Of a stretch of 64,000 nucleotides of DNA, positions 10,144 to 20,100 are shown piece by piece. Position numbers and translations under genes: made by a program. The notes under the pieces are model-generated. The model was not told the origin of the DNA and searched no databases. It saw only the letters and a list, made by a program, of their open reading frames with translations. Each line of letters opens with the position of its first letter. Position 1 is the first letter of the stretch. The DNA comes from an uncultured Chthonomonadaceae bacterium (GTDB lineage Bacteria; Armatimonadota; Chthonomonadetes; Chthonomonadales; Chthonomonadaceae), in the NCBI GenBank assembly GCA_963835065.1, contig CAWIEK010000049.1:544001-608000 (forward strand), in the 5' to 3' direction.

Positions 10144-11075
10144 ACACGATTGTTGTGTGTCGCCGGAGATTGAAAATCTCCGGCAACAAACAGGAGCAAT
10201 ACCCAATCGAAAATCGAAAATCGAAAATCGAAAATCCCAACACCTTTTCCCTGTCCAACGTCTCTTACCACTATCAGACAGGCGTTGCCGCGCTGGAAGA
10301 CGTGTCACTGACGATTGCGCCGGGCGAGAAGATCGCCATTTTGGGCGCGAACGGCTGCGGCAAGAGTACGCTGCTGCGTATTTTGAGCGGGCTGGCGTTT
10401 CCGCAGTCGGGGCAGGTGCAGGCGTTCGGGCAGGACGTAAACGAAGCGGCGTTGCAGGACGAAGTGAGCGCGTATCGCTTTCGCCGCCGCGTAGGGTTTA
10501 TCTTTCAGAACTCCGACGCGCAGTTGTTTTCTCCTACCGTGCGCGAGGAGATCGCGTTCGGGCCGCTGCATATTGGATTGGCGCAGGCGGAAGTGGAAAG
10601 CCGCGTTCTCGACGTTGCCCGCCTGCTCGACATCGAAAACCTGCTGGATCGCGCCCCATTTCAATTATCGGGAGGGGAAAAGAAGAAGGTGGCTATCGGC
10701 TGCGTTTTGACCCTCAACCCGGACGCTCTGCTGCTGGATGAGCCGACGGCTGGACTTGATCCCCGTTCGCAATCCTGGCTGCTCGACCTGCTGCTGCGCC
10801 TGAACGCGGCGGGCAAAACCCTTGTCACGGCCACGCATGACCTGAATATGGTTCCCACTCTTGCGGATCGCGTGTTCGTGTTCAGCGAACAGCACCGGCT
10901 TGTCGCCGAAGGGCCGAGCCGCGACATTCTGGCCGACGCGGACTTGCTGCTGCGCGTCAACCTCATTCATGCGAACTGGCATCGCCACAACGGTCTCTGG
11001 CACGTCCACTCGCACCCGCAGAACGTTCCCCACCAGCACACGCACACCCATGAACACGACGCGCCTGATCTTTAG
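10119..11075 (+). CDS. cbiO: ECF ATPase CbiO with a His-rich C-terminus (true start probably ~10157-10170)
   Basis: Walker A GANGCGKST, LSGGEKK, LLLDEPT; tail WHRHNGLWHVHSHPQNVPHQHTHTHEH. Confidence 0.9.
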   Translation: MRHWQQALNTIVVCRRRLKISGNKQEQYPIENRKSKIENPNTFSLSNVSYHYQTGVAALEDVSLTIAPGEKIAILGANGCGKSTLLRILSGLAFPQSGQVQAFGQDVNEAALQDEVSAYRFRRRVGFIFQNSDAQLFSPTVREEIAFGPLHIGLAQAEVESRVLDVARLLDIENLLDRAPFQLSGGEKKKVAIGCVLTLNPDALLLDEPTAGLDPRSQSWLLDLLLRLNAAGKTLVTATHDLNMVPTLADRVFVFSEQHRLVAEGPSRDILADADLLLRVNLIHANWHRHNGLWHVHSHPQNVPHQHTHTHEHDAPDL

Positions 11076-11166
11076 AGCCTGTCCCAATAGATGCGGCATT
11101 TGCGTCTGAGGGACGCTTGATTTTTCCTGCCGGGTTAGGCAATGCCCAGCCTGTTGGGAGTGGCTC
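11075..11166. repeat. Short MITE-like element between the converging cbiO and pdxA stop codons
   Basis: Imperfect terminal inverted repeats GAGCCTGTCCCAATAG / CTGTTGGGAGTGGCTC. Confidence 0.4.
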
Positions 11167-12156
11167 TTAATCCTGATGCCGACGACTTTTCACCATCTGC
11201 GCGGCGATGCGGAGGGCTTCCAGCAGGCTTTTTTCACTGGCAATGCCCCTGCCCGCAATATCGAAGGCCGTACCGTGATCTACCGAAACGCGGATGATGG
11301 GCAGACCGATGGTGACATTGACTCCCGTATCAAAGCCGTGCAGTTTCACGGGGATGTGTCCCTGATCGTGGTACATGGCAATGACGAGATCGAACTCGCC
11401 CTTTGCGGCGCGGGCAAAAACGGTATCGGGGGGATGCGGGCCGCTTGCGTCTATGTTTTCCTGCCGCGCCTGCACAATAGCGGGCGTGATTTCCGTTTCT
11501 TCTTCGGTTCCGAACAGGCCGTTTTCGCCCGCGTGGGGGTTCAGGCCGGCAACGGCGATGCGGGGATGGGCAATTCCCAGGTCGCGGCAGGCGCGATCCG
11601 CGAGGCGAATACACTCCACGATGCGCGGCGTTCGTACCCGTTCAATCGCTTCCCGCAGCGAAACATGCGTACTCACGTGAACCACGCGCAGGTTTCCCGA
11701 CAGCAGCATCATGCCATAGCGCGGCGTCTGCGTCACTTCGGCCAGCAGTTCGGTATGGCCGGGATAGGGATAGCCGCCCATTGCCATCGCTTCTTTGTTG
11801 AGCGGCGCGGTGACAACGGCGTCCACGTCGCCGCGCAAAGCCGCTTGCGCCGCCGCAATCACGCACTGCGCCGCCGCTTTGCCCGCCTGCGCCGACAATT
11901 CGCCCCACTGCAACCCGCTTAAATCCGCGTCCGTCGCCTGCTGCACGAGTTTGGATGCAAGTTTCGCGTAATTCACGCGAACTTCTCCCGGTTCAATTTC
12001 GCAATGTGGCAGGAGGCTGGCAGTTTGCTGCATCCATGCCCTGTCACCGTAAATCACAGGCTTGCAGTGAGCGTATATTCCTTCGCATCCCAGTGCCTTC
12101 AAAATGATTTCCGGCCCGATGCCTGCCGGATCGCCCATCGTAATCGCAATTCGCAC
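11167..12156 (-). CDS. pdxA: 4-hydroxythreonine-4-phosphate dehydrogenase family (PdxA/PdxA2)
   Basis: ITMGDPAGIGPE, YPGHTE, GLNPHAGE, AMYHDQGHIP, RVSVDHGTAFDIAG. Confidence 0.93.
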   Translation of the reverse strand: MRIAITMGDPAGIGPEIILKALGCEGIYAHCKPVIYGDRAWMQQTASLLPHCEIEPGEVRVNYAKLASKLVQQATDADLSGLQWGELSAQAGKAAAQCVIAAAQAALRGDVDAVVTAPLNKEAMAMGGYPYPGHTELLAEVTQTPRYGMMLLSGNLRVVHVSTHVSLREAIERVRTPRIVECIRLADRACRDLGIAHPRIAVAGLNPHAGENGLFGTEEETEITPAIVQARQENIDASGPHPPDTVFARAAKGEFDLVIAMYHDQGHIPVKLHGFDTGVNVTIGLPIIRVSVDHGTAFDIAGRGIASEKSLLEALRIAAQMVKSRRHQD

Positions 12157-12199
12157 GTTTTCTCCTGATGATGTGAAGATAGCTCCATATCACTGTATA

Positions 12200-12643
12200 A
12201 TGGAAGCAGGCGACATTTGCGCCACTTGCGGGAAGGATACGCTCTTGCCTCTAGCCAACCGAATCGGCGTTCGCTGCCTGCTCTTGATCGCGCTGCTGTG
12301 GGCTGTGTCTCTGCCCCTGCGCGTCGCTTCGCAGGCCGCTTTTGTCGGGGGCGCAAATGTTATTTTGGGCGGCTTGTTCGGCTTGTGCCTGGCTTGTATT
12401 ACGCGCACACGACGCGCTGCGCTGATTTATCTCTGGCTGGCGCTGGCCTGCCTGACGCTGTGGCCGCTATTCGAGGCATGGCCGCCCGTGAGCCTCTTTG
12501 ACGCGCCTTCCACCCGCGCCTGGCATTATCTGAACGTATTGCGCGTGTGTCTGTTCGTTCTCGGCCTGCCCTATCCCTTCGCGCGTTTCGGACAGCACGG
12601 CCCCGACCCACTTCCCGACCCTCCAAAATCGGAGGAATCCTGA
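12200..12643 (+). CDS. Hypothetical membrane protein with an N-terminal CxxC
   Basis: MEAGDICATCG followed by about 4 hydrophobic segments; divergent from pdxA. Confidence 0.55.
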   Translation: MEAGDICATCGKDTLLPLANRIGVRCLLLIALLWAVSLPLRVASQAAFVGGANVILGGLFGLCLACITRTRRAALIYLWLALACLTLWPLFEAWPPVSLFDAPSTRAWHYLNVLRVCLFVLGLPYPFARFGQHGPDPLPDPPKSEES

Positions 12644-12833
12644 CTGCCATTTGGACGAGGTGAGCAACACCCCGGCCATTAGTAGGCGCATCAAGCAGAG
12701 GCAATTCGGGCGCGGCAAGCAACGCCCCTGCCGATTTTACGGGAACTTGTTCTCTTATGAACCCTTAACTTGCCACGAGGGGCTTTCGGACGTAAAAGAA
12801 ATGAAAAAAGTTCCCAAAATTCGATAAAAGTGG

Positions 12834-12862
12834 TTGACAACCGCGCAAAGGTCTGTTATACT
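12834..12862 (+). promoter_or_regulatory. Near-consensus sigma70 promoter with extended -10
   Basis: TTGACA (12834-39), 17-nt spacer ending TGT, TATACT (12857-62), A-rich upstream region. Confidence 0.8.
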
Positions 12863-12868
12863 TAAATT

Positions 12869-13063
12869 GCTTCACACGAAGCGAACTCATAAGCATCCGG
12901 CGCAAGCCGGGTGAGGATCGACCCCTTGAACTCAAGATGTGCCATTGGCCTGACGATGTGATCCTCCATGTCGTTTTCAAAGGCGCACACTGACGAAGGT
13001 AGACCTCATTGATGCCTCATAATTATGGCGGCGGGGCTTCGTCCCCTCCGCCATTTGTTTTTG
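12869..13063 (+). ncRNA. Candidate structured ncRNA or regulatory leader (~190 nt), family unassigned
   Basis: Bounded by a strong promoter and a terminator with no credible ORF. Nested pairings GCATC/GATGC, GTGAGG/CCTCAT, TGTGCC/GGCGCA, GACGATG/CATGTC; GCAA tetraloop hairpin CCGGCGCAAGCCGG. Confidence 0.6.
13025..13063 (+). terminator. Intrinsic terminator
   Basis: ATGGCGGCGGGG-CTTCGT-CCCCTCCGCCAT followed by TTGTTTTTG. Confidence 0.75.
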
Positions 13064-13090
13064 TCTGCTTACTTCACGATGAGGAGACTT

Positions 13091-14134
13091 ATGAAAGGCA
13101 TAATTATTGCAGGTGGATTAGGTACGCGCCTGCGCCCGCTTACGTATCAGCGCCCCAAACCCCTGGTTCCGGTTGCCAATCGTCCTTTTTTAGAATATCA
13201 GGTGGCATTGCTGCGTCAGCATGGCGTAGACGATATTGTCTTTGCTACCAATTACATGGCCGACAAGATCGAAGGGCATTTTGGCGACGGGAGCCGGTTC
13301 GGGGTAAAAATGCGCTACGCGGTGGAAGACAAGCCACTGGGCACGGGCGGCGCTATTCGCAACGCGGCCAATCAGTTTCCGGGCGAGGCCGTGTGCGTGT
13401 TCAATGGCGACGTGATGACCGACTTCGATTTGGGCGCGATTTTTCGGTTTCATCAGGACAAGCAGGCGATAGCGACGATCACGCTTTCCGAAGTGCCAAG
13501 TCCGAACCCGTTTGGCGTCCTGCTGCTGGACGCAAACGGGCGCGTGGACAGTTGGGTGGAGCCGAGCGAAGAAAAGAAAAAAGCGCTGGCTGCCAACCAC
13601 GACGCGCCGCCTGAAGGCACGGACTTGATTAACGCGGGTTTTTACGTGTTTTCGCCGGAGTTCATCGCCCGTATCGCGTCCGGCAAGCCTTCTTCGGTGG
13701 AACGCGATATATTCCCGCCCCTGCTGGCGGAAAAGGGACCGGTGTACGGTATCGCGCCCGGAGGCTTCTGGATGGATGTGGGCCGCGCCGAGCAGCTTCT
13801 CATCGCAACACAGGCCGTTGTCCGCGAAACCGTGCAGACGGCGCTGCCCCTCGTAACTTTGGGAGAAGGCACAACTCTCGCGCCGGACGCAATCTGCAAG
13901 GAAGCCACCGTAGTCGGGCGCAATTGCCGCATCGGGGAGGGCGCGCGTCTGGAAGGCTGTATTCTGATGGATGGCGTGACGGTGGGCAGTCACGCTTATT
14001 TGCGCAATGTGATCGTGGATGATAACGTCACCATTGAAGACGATGTGATTGTGGAAGGCAAAGGCGTGTCCGGCCCGGTTCCCGTGCTTGCCGTCGGCAG
14101 TGTTCTGAAACGCGGGACGCGCTTGTTGATTTAG
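13091..14134 (+). CDS. NDP-sugar pyrophosphorylase (mannose-1-phosphate guanylyltransferase-like) with a C-terminal left-handed beta-helix
   Basis: IAGGLGTRLRPLT..PKPLVPV, EDKPLGTGGA, NGDV, INAGFY, FWMDVG; GAGGAG RBS before the ATG at 13091. Confidence 0.9.
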   Translation: MKGIIIAGGLGTRLRPLTYQRPKPLVPVANRPFLEYQVALLRQHGVDDIVFATNYMADKIEGHFGDGSRFGVKMRYAVEDKPLGTGGAIRNAANQFPGEAVCVFNGDVMTDFDLGAIFRFHQDKQAIATITLSEVPSPNPFGVLLLDANGRVDSWVEPSEEKKKALAANHDAPPEGTDLINAGFYVFSPEFIARIASGKPSSVERDIFPPLLAEKGPVYGIAPGGFWMDVGRAEQLLIATQAVVRETVQTALPLVTLGEGTTLAPDAICKEATVVGRNCRIGEGARLEGCILMDGVTVGSHAYLRNVIVDDNVTIEDDVIVEGKGVSGPVPVLAVGSVLKRGTRLLI

Positions 14135-14338
14135 AGAACCGCTTGATGCTTTTCTGTTTTTGCGTAAACTCGGCAAATACAAGCCAACGCCGCTTCAATC
14201 TTATGAGATTGAAGCGGCGTTGTTCGTCTCCTTGTGCGGCGCAGCATGGTAATGGGGCACAACAGAAAACGCGCAAAGCGAAAGGGCGATGAAAGTTTGT
14301 AGTTCCTGCCTTGCTATCAACTATCAACTATCAACTAT

Positions 14339-14551
14339 TCAGTGCGTCTGCCGGGGTTTGCGGCGCGAAGATAGGTTTTGATCGGATGTAATAGTAAACT
14401 CGGCTTGCCGCATCTCCTGCGGATACCAGAGCGACAATTTGCTGAAGTAGCCGGACGCCTCGCGCTCGGAAGCGAAAGGACCGTGCGTATGGTCGCGCAA
14501 ATGCGGCTGCGGAACCGATTGCGCGGGTGTCATAACGTGCAGATAGTACAT
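14339..14551 (-). CDS. Small hypothetical protein (70 aa)
   Basis: GGAAGGAG RBS upstream; protein-like composition (HGPFASEREA). Confidence 0.55.
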   Translation of the reverse strand: MYYLHVMTPAQSVPQPHLRDHTHGPFASEREASGYFSKLSLWYPQEMRQAEFTITSDQNLSSRRKPRQTH

Positions 14552-14906
14552 GGCTCGTCTCCTTCCCGTCCCAACGACGTGATACTGCTGTTACGGAACC
14601 GCCGACGATGGGAGTTCCCTCTTCATTATCGGCGTTCCCCCGCATTTTTACAGTTCGGTTTTCCGCCCGAAACGCTTTTTGCGCAAAGCAGGTGTTTTTA
14701 GACACAGGAACGCAGGGGGAAGCGGGACGCAGCACAAAACGCCGATGCCGTCCCTGTGCATGGACGACCTCGGAGCGGAAAGGTTCGAGCGTAAGACGTT
14801 TGTGGCAGAAAGCGACGTAAACTGTTGCGGTATGCGCGAGTATAGGACAAACAAGCCATGCCCCACAATGGAACACAGCCTGCATGTCTATCAACTATCA
14901 ACTAAC

Positions 14907-15128
14907 TCAGGCTTCGGACGTGGGCGCTTCCGCCACAGGCGCTGCAGGAGCGGCGGCAGGACGCGGGGGGCGTTGGCGCGGCGCGGAAGCCGGGCGGGCA
15001 GCGCCACCGGCGGCGGGACGCGGGGCGGGCTTGACGGGACGAGCGGCGCGGGCGGCTTTCACTTTGTCCAGAATACGGTCTTCTTCGCGCTTGCGGCAGC
15101 GGCGAATCTCTTTAGATCGAATACGCAC
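14907..15128 (-). CDS. Small basic protein, DUF6800-like
   Basis: GAGGAG RBS and GTG start; MRIRSKEIRRCRKREE plus a Pro/Ala/Arg tail. Confidence 0.55.
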   Translation of the reverse strand: MRIRSKEIRRCRKREEDRILDKVKAARAARPVKPAPRPAAGGAARPASAPRQRPPRPAAAPAAPVAEAPTSEA

Positions 15129-15409
15129 GATGACTCTCCTCAAAATGCCTGAGCATGGCAGATGAACACGGCCATGATCGGCACGACAACGGTTAGAACA
15201 TTTCGTTAGAACGTTTGGAATGATTGGCAGGATGGACGCGCCGCAACATTCTGACGGCAACACACTCCCATCCGGCGCGGCGATATACTATACCCAAGCC
15301 GGGTTCGCTTTGTCAACTTGAAATTCTTGAAATTTCAGGAGGAATGAATTCAGGATGGATGCGAGTAGAGCGGACCAAGCGCTATTTTTCGCGGGTTATT
15401 TTCTCGATT

Positions 15410-15970
15410 TCATGCCGTCCGATTGCCGGTTGGCGCGGTTGGCGACGCTTCCTGAACTGCCTCCCGCGCGATTTGCGCGTATTCCGGGTCGGTTTGCAGC
15501 CGGTGGACGAGTTGCTGTTTGAGGGCGGCGTGGTGGGCGGCATCGGGCTTGTACAGGCGTTTGGCGTACTGCACTTCCAGATCGAGCGTTGCCATGCCGC
15601 GCCGGATGTCCGCGCCCGTCAGCACAAACGCGAAGCCAACGGCGGTCAGGCCACTGTAAAATAAAATCGTTGCAGGGGTGAGGGAACGGCTGCTCGCGAA
15701 CAGGTTCATCAGCAGGAACAGCAGCAGGGCGCAGGCCAGCGCGCCGACCGCCAGTTCGTTGAAAACATACCGCTGCCGAAACTGGTCTATCTGATCCAGC
15801 AGGTTCACACGCCGAAGCATGTCCATGTCGGGATGGTCGTCGTTAATCAATCGGGCCGCGCTGCGAACGCGATCCGACAAATTGGCGTTACGCGCCGTCA
15901 GCATCACGAGCAGGGACGCGCTGACCAGCATCAGGGGCGTGAACACGCCGGTAAAGAAGGATTGTTCCAT
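15410..15970 (-). CDS. DUF2721-like membrane protein
   Basis: TPLMLVSASLL..R..LSDRVR pattern with 3 transmembrane segments. Confidence 0.65.
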   Translation of the reverse strand: MEQSFFTGVFTPLMLVSASLLVMLTARNANLSDRVRSAARLINDDHPDMDMLRRVNLLDQIDQFRQRYVFNELAVGALACALLLFLLMNLFASSRSLTPATILFYSGLTAVGFAFVLTGADIRRGMATLDLEVQYAKRLYKPDAAHHAALKQQLVHRLQTDPEYAQIAREAVQEASPTAPTGNRTA

Positions 15971-16047
15971 GCTTTTTCATAAATCGTTTCAATAAGACAG
16001 CCTTTGTGCCGTTCACGAGGACGCAGGAAAGAGGGCTGTGGCGACAC

Positions 16048-16824
16048 TCAGATTTGCGTCATGCCGGCATCAATGGTATATCCCTGCGCGGTAATGGAGC
16101 GGGCGACGTCCGAGCAAAGGAAGAGCGACAGGTACGCGATTTCCGCGGGCGCGATTAGATGTTTCATCGGGACATTGCGTAAAATCACGGACGCAATGGC
16201 GTCTTCTTCAGATTCGAGATTGTGGGCTGCCGCAAGCGCGCTGAGTTGGTTTCTTACCAGCGGCGTATCCACGTAACCGGGGCAGATCGCATTGACGGTA
16301 ATGCCATAAGGGGCGAGTTCCAGCGCGACCGTCCGGGTCAGCCCTAAAAGCCCGTGTTTGGCCGACACATACCCCGACTTGTAGGCGGAGGCGATTTTCG
16401 CGTGGATAGACGCGATGTTGATAATGCGCCCGAAACCACGCGCTTTCATTCCCGGCGCGGCGGCCTGCGTGAGCAGAAACGGCGCGACGAGCATCACTTC
16501 GAGCATCTGCCGGAACACTTCGGGCGGAAAGTCTTCCAGCGGGGCGACATGCTGAAAGCCGGCGTTGTTGATTAAAATATCAATCGGCAGGCGTTCAACG
16601 GCATGAAGAAAATCAGGTGTGGTAATATCTCCGGGCAGGGCTTTGCCTTGCAGCGCATCCGCCGCTTCCTGCGCCCATTCGGAAACCACGTCATTGATAA
16701 ATACCTTTGCGCCTGATTGCGCCAAGGCGGCGGCAATGCTGTACCCGATGCCGGAACCCGCCCCTGTCACCAAAGCCGTCTTGCCTGACAAGTCCACCGA
16801 AAAGTTTACTCCTGAACTCTCCAT
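16048..16824 (-). CDS. bdhA: 3-hydroxybutyrate dehydrogenase (SDR)
   Basis: TGAGSGIG, NNAGFQHVAPLEDFP, YVSAKHG, CPGYVDTPLV. Confidence 0.85.
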   Translation of the reverse strand: MESSGVNFSVDLSGKTALVTGAGSGIGYSIAAALAQSGAKVFINDVVSEWAQEAADALQGKALPGDITTPDFLHAVERLPIDILINNAGFQHVAPLEDFPPEVFRQMLEVMLVAPFLLTQAAAPGMKARGFGRIINIASIHAKIASAYKSGYVSAKHGLLGLTRTVALELAPYGITVNAICPGYVDTPLVRNQLSALAAAHNLESEEDAIASVILRNVPMKHLIAPAEIAYLSLFLCSDVARSITAQGYTIDAGMTQI

Positions 16825-17129
16825 TTCCCCTTCCTTCCTGCTTACATCGCGATTTTACCTCATTTTGGCAAATCTGTTGAAAGCGTGACCGGCGCGATAG
16901 TCACGCCCCGAATCGTTCTAAATCTTTCTAATTTGAGGCTTTCGGCCCATGCCGGGAAAGCAGGAACGGCTTATACTCTTGTTGATAATTTCAAAAATGC
17001 GGCAGGTTTTACATTGCCATTGATGGAATACGATACTGAGGTAAATTGATTGTGCCGTATTTGATTATGCCCTGATAGAAGCGACGGCTTGATAAGTTCG
17101 TTGATAAGTTCGACAGGAGAAAGACAGCC

Positions 17130-20100
17130 ATGGAATCCCGGCCCCCGGCAGGCGCTCCATTCCCCACAATCCGGCAGTGGAAATCGTGTTCCCACTGTGG
17201 CGCTCCTAATCCGCCCTGGGCATCGGGCTGCGGACAGTGCCGCCAGCCGTTCCCGGACGCCCGCGAAGCCGCCGCCGAGGAAGCCGCGCACATCGAATAC
17301 CTGCTGCAGCAATTGCCCGGCTGGCGGCAGCATGGCCTGCTGTCGGAAAGCGCCCACCAGCGTCTGCGCTCCGATTACCTTCATCTTCAAAAGGAGTTTG
17401 GCGACTATTTGCTTCAGCAGCAAACAGGCATGTCGGACGCGGCGAAGCCTGGCGTTGCGTCCTCAGTCACGCCTGCCGCGTCTGCTGCCTTGCCCGTCGC
17501 ATCTGCTGCCGTCAACCCCGCGCTGCAATCTGCCGCTCAGGGTACGCCGGTGTTCTGGCCGATGGACTTGCCCGGCATCTTGCCCGGACAGCCTGCCGCT
17601 GCTGCGCCCGGATTGTCGGTAACTGCCGCGCCCATAGGAAGTATGCCGCATACGCCGCCCTTCACTTCTGCTCCTGCTCCTTCTATTGCGCCGCCGCATC
17701 CGCCTGCCGGTCAAGGGTTACGCCGCTTCTTCCAGAAACACGCTTTGCAAGTACTCTTCGCCCTGGCAACCGTTCTCGTTCTCGCGGCGCTGCGGACGAT
17801 GCTCGGCTGGACCTGGATCGGGGATTTGGCGATGCGGCTGCTGCCCGTTGTTCCACTCGGATTAACGGCGATGTTCTGGACGTTCGGGCAGAAGACGCGG
17901 ACGGAAAACCCGTGGGCTGCGTTCGCGTATCATGGGCTTGCCGCCGCGTTGTGCGCGTTCGACGTGATTGCCGTGAACAAATACTGGCTGCCCACTCCCC
18001 TCCCGGCCAAACCCGCCTTTATGCTGGCGTCGCTGGCTGCCGTCGGCGTATCAGGCGCGCTGCTGCGCAGTTGGCGTGAAATCGCTTATCTGCACCTGTT
18101 CCAAACTGCCGCCGTGACCATGCTGTTCGCCATCGCGCAAATGCTGCGGCTGAATGTCCCGCCCGGCGACTTCCGGCTGACGCCCCTGTGGCTGTTTGGC
18201 GCGGCCTATCTGTCCTACGCGGCGTTTTGCCTGTGGATGGCGCGGCGGAGCGAAGAAACCACGCCGGACAACAGCGCGGATACAAAATCCGCAGCACATA
18301 CCACGCAAGGCTCTGAACACAGCGATGCTCCTGCCCCGCAAAATGCGCCTTCCTTCGGGCAAAACGCGCCTCCTGTGGAGCAAAACGCGCCTCCTGCCGT
18401 GTCTATCCCAGCGCCGGCACTCCCAATTCCCGGTTTTGCGCAAGGTGCGGGCGGGGCGTCTTGGCGACTGGCGTGGATATTTTGGGCGCATTTCAGCGTT
18501 GTCGGCGTGATGTTCCTGGCTGCCGTCAATATCGCGCTGGAACATCCGGGACCGAACGATTTTGCCGTGCTGTCGCTTCTGGCCGGCTTGATCTATGTCA
18601 GTGGCGCGCAATTGCTTCAGGATGCCCGCATGGTGCGAGTTTCCTGCGTATTTTTGATGGCAAGCGGCCTGTTCTGGCTCGGCAGCCACCACCCGGCGCG
18701 AATGTGGGAGGGCGCGAGCGCGTTCCTGCTCCTTCTCAGCGCCCTCGCCCTTGTTTTTGCCCGCTACAATCGGCAGCGGGCAAACGGACACGGAACCGGG
18801 GAGCATCTTGCGCAAGCCTATCTGACAGTTGGCATGTGGAACGTTGGGGTTGCTTCCATTTTGTCGTGCCTTTACGCGCTGCTCGCTTTTGAGGAAGTCG
18901 GCCAGCAGAATTATCACGTATACGGGGTTAGGGGATGCGTACTGACGCTCGCCTGCGGCATGTTTTATTTTATTTTTGCGCGATGGGAGGCCAAACCCGC
19001 CCTGCTTTACGCGGCGTTCGTGACCTGGGCCGTTGGGCTTACAAGTTTGCTGTCCGCTTTCTCCGCGTCGCGTGGGATGTATCCTCTTGCGTTAACTCTG
19101 TACGGAGTCGGACTTGCGCTGCTCGCGCGCCGGCAATCGCGCAGGGCAGAGGAGGTCCGCGCTGATGGGCTGGATTGGGCGACTCCGCAGCGCAATAGCG
19201 GCATCGGGATGGCGACAGCGGGCGCGCTGCTTGCGGTCGGGCTGCCGTTTCAGGACACGCTCGGCGCGTCCTGGCTGTGGACAGTTGCGACCCTGACGCT
19301 CGCGCTCCTGCTTTACACAGACGAAGCGCGAACATCGGGGGCAGCGGTTTACGCCTACGCCGCTTTGAGCTGCGCGGCCTGCATCAGCGCCCTGCTGACG
19401 TGGCGCGTCCTGGTTCCGCAGCCGTTCCGGCCTGCCGACTGCCTGGCCGTCTTCACGCTGGCGGCTTCGGCCACCTCCCTCGTTTTGGCGCGGCGCGGCA
19501 GCGCGGCAAATGGAGGGATTACATCAAACTCGGAGAACGTGTCAGACGCAAAGAACCTGTCAGACGCAGCAGAACGTCTCGAACACAGCAAACGTGTTGA
19601 ACACGAAGAACGTGTCAGAATACACAGCAAAGTCATGTGGCGGGAGTGTGTCACGCACGCAGCGCTTGTGGCCGCGCTGATCTGCCTGGGGGATGGCGTT
19701 TACGCCTTCTGCGCAGCATTGGAAACGCGCCATTATGCTGTTTCTCTCCTGCCTTGTTTGGTTTCGAGCCTGCTGTTGTGCGGGGGGCGCTATGCCGGAA
19801 ATCGGAACGCCAATGACGCCCTGCGCCGGAGCGCGCTGGCCTGCGCGGGCATAGCGGCAGCCGCAGAAGCCGGGCTGCTGTGCCATGCCTGGCAGGGCGC
19901 GGGAAGTGGGTGGCAGCCGACTGCTTTACGAGCATGGGGGATCAGCCTTGTCGCGCTGGGATGGGCATGGAAACTGGCAGCGCGCTTGGCGCGCAATTGG
20001 AACGAGCAGGAATGGTGGCGGCATGAACTGACGCTTGCCGCCCTGACAACCGCATTTTTGGGACTTTTGCCGCTTACATTGGGCGCGGAACAACCGCCGC

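Noticed and set aside
12869..13020. Known riboswitch (c-di-GMP, glmS, M-box, TPP, SAM) or SRP RNA
   Set aside because: Diagnostic consensus motifs were not found by eye; left unassigned.
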